Notes under the pieces: model-generated
The model's input: the letters and a program-made list of their open reading frames with translations, nothing else
Told to the model about the DNA's origin: nothing
The model's database searches: none
Program-made: the position numbers and the translations under genes
DNA from: Bacteroidota bacterium
GTDB lineage: Bacteria; Bacteroidota; Ignavibacteria; UBA10030; UBA8401
Direction of reading: 5' to 3'
Assembly: GCA_035505655.1 (NCBI GenBank)
Contig: DATJQP010000034.1
Span: forward strand, 42,568-106,567
DNA length: 64,000 nt
In this document: piece after piece, positions 57,572-64,000 of the stretch
Numbering within the stretch: the first letter of the stretch is position 1
Layout: each line of letters opens with the position of its first letter

Positions 57572-59758
57572 TCACTTCTTTGTCATCACGAAGACGCCGT
57601 TCCAGGACTCCGGGGGTGGGGAATCGAGGAACATCATCGATCGTTGGATATAGATGTTCGACACGACATCGTCGCGGCGGATCTGGAGGGCCTGTTGGAA
57701 CTGTTCGATGGCACTTTTCCACGCCCGCTTCTTATACGCGTCGAGCCCGGCATGGTAATAATCGAGAAACTTTTTCGTAGCATCGTTCTGGACTTCGTCC
57801 GCCATCGCGATGAGCTCGTAGATCCGTACCGGTTCGGTCTTCCCGACGACCACGACAAGGTCCATTTCCCTCGCCAGAACCTCGGCGTTGACCCGTCGGT
57901 AGGTGAACTCGCTCATGAGCAGTCTCGTACCGTACTCCTTGTTCACTCCTTCCAGTCTTGAGGCAAGGTTTACCGCATCGCCGACAGCCGTGTAGTTAAA
58001 CTTCGCCTCGGCTCCCATGTTTCCGACAACCGCTTTTCCGCTGTTGAGGCCGATCCGCTGGTTGACGACCGGTTTCCCGAATCGGATCCACTTCGCGTGG
58101 AGCCCTTCGAGCCTTTTTTGCATTCTCAGAGCGGCAGCGCAGGCGTGGACCGGATGTGCCGGGTCGTCGATCGGCGCTCCCCAAAACGCCATGATGGCGT
58201 CCCCGATGTATTTGTCGAGGGTGCCCCCTTCCTCGATGATAATGTTCGTCATCTCGGTCAGATACGTGTTGAGGAGGGCCACCGTGTTCTGAGGTCCGAG
58301 CTTTTCCGCCATCCGCGTGAACCCTTCGATATCCGCGAAGAGCGTCGTGATCTCACGCTCTTCCCCTCCAAGCTTGAGAAGGGACGGGTTATCGATGAGC
58401 TTTTCGACCACGGAGGCATCGATGTACTTCTGGAACATCCCTTTGATGACGGCTTTCTGTTTCCCCTCCGTGGCGGAGATGTAGCTCATCGCACCGGCAT
58501 AGCTGAAGAAGATCGCGAAGATCGGTTCGGTGATGCTATACATCGCTCCGGTGTTCGCAAACGCCGAATATGCAAAGAAGAGGTATCCAACAAGGAGGAC
58601 GATGCCGATCGGGAGGCTCCACCGTAACCGCAGGAGCATCGAGGCTCCGGTGACGGCGAGGGCGAGCAGGATGAGCAGGGAGAGCTGCGCGCCGGCCGAA
58701 GCGCGCGAGATGTAATGACCCGACATGATCTGGTCGTAGACGTTCGCGTGCGCGTAGCAGTTCGGCGATTTTTCGTTCACGGGTGTCGCGCCGATATCGG
58801 CGATCGACCGGGCAGTCGGGCCGATGATGGCGACCGCATCCTTGAAAATCGAGAGGGTCTGCGTGTCTCCCCTCGTGAATGCATCGAGAACGTCGTAGAA
58901 TGAGATCTCCTTGAAGACCGAGTTCTTTCCCGCATAGTCGATCTCGATCTCTCCGTGGCGGGTAACGGGAATCTCCAGCTGTCCCGCATGGACCACCATC
59001 CCCTCATCCGTTTGCGTCACCGTGATGGTTTTTGGATCGATGTTGAGCGCGCGAAAGGCGAGCGCAGCGCCGAAGGCCGGATAATAGTCGCCGGCGTAAT
59101 CGACAAGGAATGGCATCTTCCGGATGATCCCGTCGACCGAGTCGGCATTCAGCAGCACTTGACCGACACCGGCTCCGAGGGAGGCGAGCGAATCAAACGG
59201 ACGTTCATCGATGTAGGTCGCCCGCGGGAAATTCAGCCTTCCGCCAGTCTCCGGAATCGAGAACGGATGAAGGACCGCGTATGCCTCCTTGTCTATGTCC
59301 TTCGCCTTCAGCTCGCCGAAGTCTTCGCTCGGTACGAACGGTCCGATCGCGTGGAAAACGTTGTTCGAAAGACCGGCGAACCGGAGGAAGAGCTGATTCT
59401 GGAATTGCGAGGCGCTATCTTGTTTCACCGTCGGAAAAAAGTAATCGACGCCGATCGCTTTGGCCCCGCTCGCCGAAATAATGTAAAGGAGAGACCCGAA
59501 CTTGTCACGCGGGACAGGGTAGTCGAGCTCCTTGAGCGTGTTCTCGTCGATCTTTACAATGACGACGTTCGAGGTGTGCGGACGCTCCCCCCTGGCCCGA
59601 ATGAGCGCGTCGTACGATTTCCGTTCGAGCGCCGGGAAGAAGTTCGATCCGAGCGTCTGTTCCACCCAGTCGGTCCGGAAGAGGAAGAGAGAGATGCCAA
59701 TCGAACCTGCGGCGATGAGAAGTCCCGCCACCGCCTTGATAAGCTGCTTCTTAGTCAT
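57572..59758 (-). CDS. CHASE2-sensor class III adenylate/guanylate cyclase
   Basis: It has an N-terminal TM helix, a ~330-aa extracytoplasmic domain (CHASE2-like: VVIVKIDENTLKEL..., YPAFGAALA), 3 TM helices, and a cyclase domain with TTLFADIEGFT, LDKYIGDAIMAFWGAP and YTAVGDAVNLASRLEG. I prefer the ATG at 59758; the track start at 59824 is a GTG. Confidence 0.8.
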   Translation of the reverse strand: MTKKQLIKAVAGLLIAAGSIGISLFLFRTDWVEQTLGSNFFPALERKSYDALIRARGERPHTSNVVIVKIDENTLKELDYPVPRDKFGSLLYIISASGAKAIGVDYFFPTVKQDSASQFQNQLFLRFAGLSNNVFHAIGPFVPSEDFGELKAKDIDKEAYAVLHPFSIPETGGRLNFPRATYIDERPFDSLASLGAGVGQVLLNADSVDGIIRKMPFLVDYAGDYYPAFGAALAFRALNIDPKTITVTQTDEGMVVHAGQLEIPVTRHGEIEIDYAGKNSVFKEISFYDVLDAFTRGDTQTLSIFKDAVAIIGPTARSIADIGATPVNEKSPNCYAHANVYDQIMSGHYISRASAGAQLSLLILLALAVTGASMLLRLRWSLPIGIVLLVGYLFFAYSAFANTGAMYSITEPIFAIFFSYAGAMSYISATEGKQKAVIKGMFQKYIDASVVEKLIDNPSLLKLGGEEREITTLFADIEGFTRMAEKLGPQNTVALLNTYLTEMTNIIIEEGGTLDKYIGDAIMAFWGAPIDDPAHPVHACAAALRMQKRLEGLHAKWIRFGKPVVNQRIGLNSGKAVVGNMGAEAKFNYTAVGDAVNLASRLEGVNKEYGTRLLMSEFTYRRVNAEVLAREMDLVVVVGKTEPVRIYELIAMADEVQNDATKKFLDYYHAGLDAYKKRAWKSAIEQFQQALQIRRDDVVSNIYIQRSMMFLDSPPPESWNGVFVMTKK

Positions 59759-59845
59759 ACGGAAAATTCCTTTATGATCCGACAGTAATCCCTCTTCACT
59801 CATCCTCCGGAAGCGCGGAATCACATTCCGACGCAGAACGTTCGG

Positions 59846-62353
59846 TCAGGATTTCCAGTAGAGAAAATCCTTCACGTCCGAAAGTTGCGTCGGGTCGATG
59901 CCGCGGCGACCCCCGAAGACGAACCGGTTCTCGCCCCTCCGGATCCTCGCCGTGCTGGGTCGGGTGTTCTTCTTCGCGGCGATATCCTGAAGTGCCGCAA
60001 AAAGGAGGCTCTGGAGCTCAGACTTGTCGATCGCGGCCCCCTTCTCCGCCGCGCGCGTCTTCGTCAGCTCGCTGACGATGTGGTCGATGCCAAGCTGCGC
60101 GTAAGCCTCCTCCTGAGACGGGAACTTGGAAACGGCCGCCGCGAACGAATTCACCGTTCCTTCGTGATCGCCGCCAAGATAATCGAAAATTCCGACGTTA
60201 AGGTCAATTCCCCCGTCTTTCTTGTCCGCATCGAGAGCCGCGGTGTACCACTTGTAGGCGTTTGCCGAATCGCCCTGGAGGAGGTAAATGTTCCCGAGAT
60301 TGTTCTTCGTCGAGGCACCGGAGAAACTCTTCAGTCCGGCGAGAGCCTCGTCGTAACGCCCGCTGTTCGCGAGGTACATCGCGGCGACGTTCATCGACTT
60401 CTCATCGCCCTTTTGTTTCAGTTCCGCCACCTTCTGGTCAAGCGCCTGACGGTACACCTGCGCCACGTTCTTCAGATCGTCGTTCATCAGCGTGCTGACC
60501 TTGTCGGCCGGAGGAGGTTCGGAAGCCTTCGCGTTGAGGCCGAGGTTCGCCGGCGGGAACTGCTCCCAGGCATCCCGGACGTCGATGATGTCGAGTCTCC
60601 CCTGGGCATCGGCGATCCGGTAATAGCCGTCCGCAGCCAAACGCCACGCCTCCATGAAGGGGTGATTGATGATTGTCGTTTCGAGCGGGATCCACACCGT
60701 ATTGTTCCGGATGACGTAGTCCTTTTCGTTGAGGCTGATCCTCGACGCGTTCTTCTTGTTCACACCGGTGTCAAAGATGATGAAGACGTGATCCGAGGTT
60801 CCGACAAGAGCCGTCCGGATGCCGATATTCTCGAGGCAGGAGGCAAGGAGGACGGAGCTGCCGCTGCAGTTTGCGGTGTGATTCGCCAGCGTCTCGCGCG
60901 GGTACTGCACGTCGTCGAGGAGGTCCGCATCGGCCACCCTCCAGGGCGCGCTGACATAGTTGATCGAGAAAGCGCGGATGGCCTCCCAAACCGCCATGGC
61001 GTTAAGGACATTACGTGGGGCTCCCTGAAGCACTGATTGGTCGTACTTCACCGAGCCGAGGACGTAGCGGGAGAAATTCTTCACCGCATCGTCGTTCGGC
61101 GTGATAAAGGCTCCGACGGAGTTCGGGCGCGACCAGGTGATCGAGGTGCGGCTGTAGACGGTCACCGGCTTCACAAGACTGCGTGTCTTCTGCTCGCCAC
61201 CGAGCGTGTACGTCAGCTCCGCTTTAATCTGCGCGACGGTGTTCTCGTTGATCGATAGCATCTGCTTCGCGTCGAGCGTCACGGAGACCGGAAAGGTCTG
61301 CTTCGATGAGGCCTTGAGAACCGGGAGAGGCTGTTCCGAGGGAAGCTGCATGTACCCTGGGACGAAGAAGCTCGCCTTGACGTTGCTGATGTCGGTTTTT
61401 CCCGTATTCTCGACCGTGATCTCTCCGATCGGATGGTAGGCATAGTAGTTGTAGGCCGAGGGGAAAATGTTCTCGACCTTGAATTCCGTAATCTCGAGCG
61501 CGCTCGGCACCGAGTAGCTCACCTTCGCTTTGGCGCCCGTCACCTTTGTATTGACGTCGATACGGTTGCCGGTGAACGATTCCACCTTATACTCCGGCAT
61601 CGCCGAGAACTGTTTCCGCAGGTCGTCGATAGATCCCCGGATCCAGGCATCCATCACCGCGGCATCACCCTCCATGTAGCGGAGCTTCAGCTTCTGGATC
61701 ATCGGAACTTTCGCCGGCAGGTCTGCCTCGATTTTCAGGAGGGACGCATCGGTGACGCCGAGGAGCGCGAGCTGGATGGCCACCGGTTTTTCCTTTGCCT
61801 CCTTCAGGCTTTTTTCAACCTTCACGAGGAGGTCGTCGGCGAGCAACCCTCCCAGCTCATCGAGGGCCTTCGACGCCGCCTGCGACTTTCCCTGCGATGC
61901 CTTTTTCGCCGTTGCGCTTGCCACGGCGATGATGTCGCCGGTGTCGGTGATAATCACCTTCACCTCGCCGTCGGCAGTGTACTCGACCGTTTTGATGCCG
62001 TAGGTTTCTCTCTCCTCTCCGAGAACTGCCTGCGCCCCGCCGGCGATGATGATTTCGGCTCCGAAGCGGCGCCCGAGTTCTTTCGCCTTCGTCGGATTGA
62101 GGTCGCCGAGAGCAAGATCCCGTGCCTTCACGCTCTCGAACTGGGATTTGTCGACAAGCCTGTAGCCCTTCGCGAGGAATGCGCTCTCGATCTTCCCGGT
62201 CACTTTCTGGGCGGTGGCGTCCTTGTCGTCGATCTTCTCATCGACGACGACCATAATGCGCGGCATGTCGGCATCCTGGGCAAGGAGGCGGATCCCCGGC
62301 GACAGGAAGGCGACGATGAATGTCATGATCAGCAGTATCATCACTCGTTTCAT
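59846..62353 (-). CDS. Secreted multidomain protein: CsgG/LpoB-like N-terminal domain, central beta region, transglutaminase-like Cys-His core, C-terminal TPR repeats
   Basis: 835 aa with a signal peptide. The N-terminal domain is PRIMVVVDEKIDD...GYRLVDKSQFESV...GAEIIIAGGAQ. The putative catalytic core is HTANCSGSSVLLASCLENIGIRTALVGTSDHVFIIFD...VWIPLETT. The TPR-like region is AMYLANSGRYDEALAGL...GNIYLLQGDSANAYKWY. Confidence 0.5.
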   Translation of the reverse strand: MKRVMILLIMTFIVAFLSPGIRLLAQDADMPRIMVVVDEKIDDKDATAQKVTGKIESAFLAKGYRLVDKSQFESVKARDLALGDLNPTKAKELGRRFGAEIIIAGGAQAVLGEERETYGIKTVEYTADGEVKVIITDTGDIIAVASATAKKASQGKSQAASKALDELGGLLADDLLVKVEKSLKEAKEKPVAIQLALLGVTDASLLKIEADLPAKVPMIQKLKLRYMEGDAAVMDAWIRGSIDDLRKQFSAMPEYKVESFTGNRIDVNTKVTGAKAKVSYSVPSALEITEFKVENIFPSAYNYYAYHPIGEITVENTGKTDISNVKASFFVPGYMQLPSEQPLPVLKASSKQTFPVSVTLDAKQMLSINENTVAQIKAELTYTLGGEQKTRSLVKPVTVYSRTSITWSRPNSVGAFITPNDDAVKNFSRYVLGSVKYDQSVLQGAPRNVLNAMAVWEAIRAFSINYVSAPWRVADADLLDDVQYPRETLANHTANCSGSSVLLASCLENIGIRTALVGTSDHVFIIFDTGVNKKNASRISLNEKDYVIRNNTVWIPLETTIINHPFMEAWRLAADGYYRIADAQGRLDIIDVRDAWEQFPPANLGLNAKASEPPPADKVSTLMNDDLKNVAQVYRQALDQKVAELKQKGDEKSMNVAAMYLANSGRYDEALAGLKSFSGASTKNNLGNIYLLQGDSANAYKWYTAALDADKKDGGIDLNVGIFDYLGGDHEGTVNSFAAAVSKFPSQEEAYAQLGIDHIVSELTKTRAAEKGAAIDKSELQSLLFAALQDIAAKKNTRPSTARIRRGENRFVFGGRRGIDPTQLSDVKDFLYWKS

Positions 62354-62422
62354 GGGTGTGTCCTCTCAAAAACGTGAGTGGTCAATGTCAGTGCTACTCC
62401 TGCCCCGCCGGACCGACCGCTG

Positions 62423-63202
62423 CTACTGTGCTTTCTTCAATTTCGCGATAAGGGCCGTGAGCTCGTCGACTTTCGTTTTCGCGGGCTCGTACCCGCTCGA
62501 CTCGTCCCAGGCCTTTTGGTACACCGTTTTTGCATTCTCCAGCATCGCGACCGCATCCGCGTGCTTGCCTTGCGTCTCAAGCTTTCGCCCCTGGTCTTCA
62601 ATGTCAAGCGCCTGCGCGTACGTGACGTAGCCGTTGAATTTCCCCTCTTTCGAAGATTCCAGCTCGTTCTCTTCACCCTTGCTCAGCTTCACCTCGAGAT
62701 CATCGGAGATCTTCTTCACAAGGGATTTGAGCATGGTGAGGAATTGATCGAGGTCTCCGGTTTCCTCCTCCGCGTTGAGCGTCACTCCAGTCTCCGTGGC
62801 GACGATCCTCGCGTCGATCCGCAACTTGTCCCCGAAAAGGTTGGAAAACCCTCCGAAGAGGAGCACTTTCGCACCCAGGAGTTTTCCCATTTTCTGCGAC
62901 GTCCCCTTGTCGACGAGGTCGGTCTCCCCGAGGTTCAGCTCTTCGACAACCGACTGGATCCTCTGCCGCTCGACCACCTTCAAACCCTTGATCTTCGACA
63001 TCTCCGTGATCAGCATGTCGGCAAGCCCCTTCTTCAGAGGATCGAGCTTCTCCTTGTCGACGACGCTGTTGTTCTCAAAATAGAGGATTGCAATCGTCTG
63101 CGGCGGAGTTTCCTGTGCGCGTGCCTGGGTCGCTCCCATCGCCGCGACGAGCAGGGCAAGGACCGCCCCGTGAATAATGCGAGGTCGTATCGAATAGTCC
63201 AT
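62423..63202 (-). CDS. Periplasmic CsgG/LpoB/TolB-N-like domain protein with a helical (TPR-like) C-terminus
   Basis: 259 aa with a signal peptide (no lipobox Cys). TIAILYFENNS...GLADMLITEMSKIKGLKVVERQRIQSVVEELNLG...GKLLGAKVLLFGGF matches the CsgG-type alpha/beta domain pattern. AGGAGG precedes the ATG. Confidence 0.55.
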   Translation of the reverse strand: MDYSIRPRIIHGAVLALLVAAMGATQARAQETPPQTIAILYFENNSVVDKEKLDPLKKGLADMLITEMSKIKGLKVVERQRIQSVVEELNLGETDLVDKGTSQKMGKLLGAKVLLFGGFSNLFGDKLRIDARIVATETGVTLNAEEETGDLDQFLTMLKSLVKKISDDLEVKLSKGEENELESSKEGKFNGYVTYAQALDIEDQGRKLETQGKHADAVAMLENAKTVYQKAWDESSGYEPAKTKVDELTALIAKLKKAQ

Positions 63203-63247
63203 ACGTGTATCCTTCCTCCTAATGAAGTGATGTCGTGGATGAAATCT

Positions 63248-64000
63248 CTAGAATTGAATCCGGGCGCTGCCTCCCCCTTCGAGCCCGGTGACGTTGTTCT
63301 TCACATTCTCTTCAACGACGCTGCCGATGCCGTACTTTCCCTCAAAGCCCACCGTGAACCATGACGCGAGAGCGAATCCAATCTCTCCCCCGATCGAACC
63401 AAGTTGGGCTTTCCCCATCTCGTAAATCCCCACACCGAACGGGATCTGGTCTCCGGTATGGTATTTACCTTGAAGAAGTCCCGAGAGGGAGCACCACTGC
63501 GCCGCCTGCCACGTGAGGGTGTATTGACCCTCGTAGTGCTGAGAGCTCTTATAGCTTTCGGAAACGCCCGAGTTAAAAATCTGGCTCTGCGTCCGAAGCC
63601 GCGTCCTGAACTGGAACAGGCTCGTCAACGACCCCCATTTAACAGAGTAGACGGCCAGGGTCATGAAGCGTATGCCCGACTGGATAAAATTCTCACCGTT
63701 AAGTTTGTCGGGAAGATAGTTCGTTGCCGTAAGGTCGAGAGAGAATCGCTCGGTCTTCGAGAACGTCGTGTAGTCCAACCCCGCGTTGACGGAAACCTCG
63801 TCTCCAGGATCATACCGGTCCGACACCCCGCTGACACTCGCGGGTTGGTACTCTCCTTTGTAGACGTACGACGCCCCAAAACCGAGAATGAGCCGGCGCT
63901 GGGCCGGATAAGCGTACGCAAAACCAATGCTCCCGTTTGTCCCCTGGCCGAACACCGGCACACGGTAGTCGAACGCCGATTCGGAGAGGACCGTGGCGAC
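63248..64000 (-). CDS. Outer-membrane beta-barrel protein, C-terminal part (5' end outside the window)
   Basis: The frame stays open to the window edge (upstream codons ...ATVLSESAFDYRVPVFGQG). It has alternating-hydrophobic strands and a C-terminus SARIQF with a terminal aromatic residue. Confidence 0.55.
   Translation of the reverse strand, partial: VATVLSESAFDYRVPVFGQGTNGSIGFAYAYPAQRRLILGFGASYVYKGEYQPASVSGVSDRYDPGDEVSVNAGLDYTTFSKTERFSLDLTATNYLPDKLNGENFIQSGIRFMTLAVYSVKWGSLTSLFQFRTRLRTQSQIFNSGVSESYKSSQHYEGQYTLTWQAAQWCSLSGLLQGKYHTGDQIPFGVGIYEMGKAQLGSIGGEIGFALASWFTVGFEGKYGIGSVVEENVKNNVTGLEGGGSARIQF

Noticed and set aside
1-64000. Search for CRISPR arrays, tRNA/rRNA/tmRNA genes, and transposases, integrases or phage genes
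   Set aside because: No intergenic region exceeds about 270 bp. I saw no regularly spaced direct repeats, no cloverleaf-like sequence and no recombinase-like ORF. This was a scan by eye, so small ncRNAs cannot be excluded.

Overview
GC-rich (about 55-60% by eye, not computed), densely coded 64-kb chromosomal segment with about 60 CDS. I recognised no rRNA, tRNA, CRISPR array, transposase or integrase. The gene content suggests an FCB-superphylum bacterium (Ignavibacteriota, Rhodothermota or Kapabacteria-like). This rests on a T9SS-type C-terminal sorting domain, alternative complex III, an HMA-AraC copper regulator, a PcrB/GGGPS homologue and a bacilliredoxin, and is an inference only. The ORF track uses ATG, GTG and TTG as M, so I re-trimmed many starts to an internal ATG preceded by a GGAG-like RBS.

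Main blocks:
- 1-4.2 kb: a truncated Zn-dehydrogenase, rsmB, a GlmU-like LbH protein and rpmE.
- 4.3-6.3 kb: a DUF362 protein carrying a T9SS C-terminal domain.
- 6.5-19.5 kb: a 12-gene, same-strand respiratory array, ccoS-ccoN-ccoO-monoheme cyt c-actA-dinB-actBCDEF-ccoI (cbb3 oxidase plus alternative complex III plus a Cu-ATPase).
- 19.6-23.8 kb: a copper module (DsbD_2-like protein, copA, copZ, HMA-AraC regulator).
- 23.9-30.9 kb: glmM, an orphan EutN/CcmL-like gene, dprA, a DUF3109 protein, rpoN and hslVU.
- 31.0-36.8 kb: a same-strand envelope cluster (TPR lipoprotein, DUF3467 protein, a 749-aa beta-rich protein and an OM barrel).
- 37-39 kb: an NfeD/SPFH pair.
- 39.3-55.4 kb: housekeeping genes (bacilliredoxin, acnA, clpS, a thioredoxin-like protein, alaS, a GGGPS/PcrB homologue, gmhA, ybaB-recR, two tandem lipoproteins, pheA, ftsX, sdhCDAB).
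- 55.5-64 kb: a DUF3300-like secreted protein, then a same-strand array of OM barrel, CsgG/LpoB-like protein, an 835-aa transglutaminase-like/TPR protein and a CHASE2 class III nucleotide cyclase.

Most of the window is ordinary core genome. The candidates I consider most worth follow-up are the CHASE2-cyclase envelope array, the orphan BMC-vertex gene, the fused cbb3/ACIII array with an embedded DinB gene, the lipoprotein/barrel pair with repeated ITNxFPF strands, and two short DNA motifs (an 18-bp perfect palindrome and a 21-bp-phased direct repeat) in respiratory and copper promoters. All functional calls come from motif recognition by eye. No database search was run.
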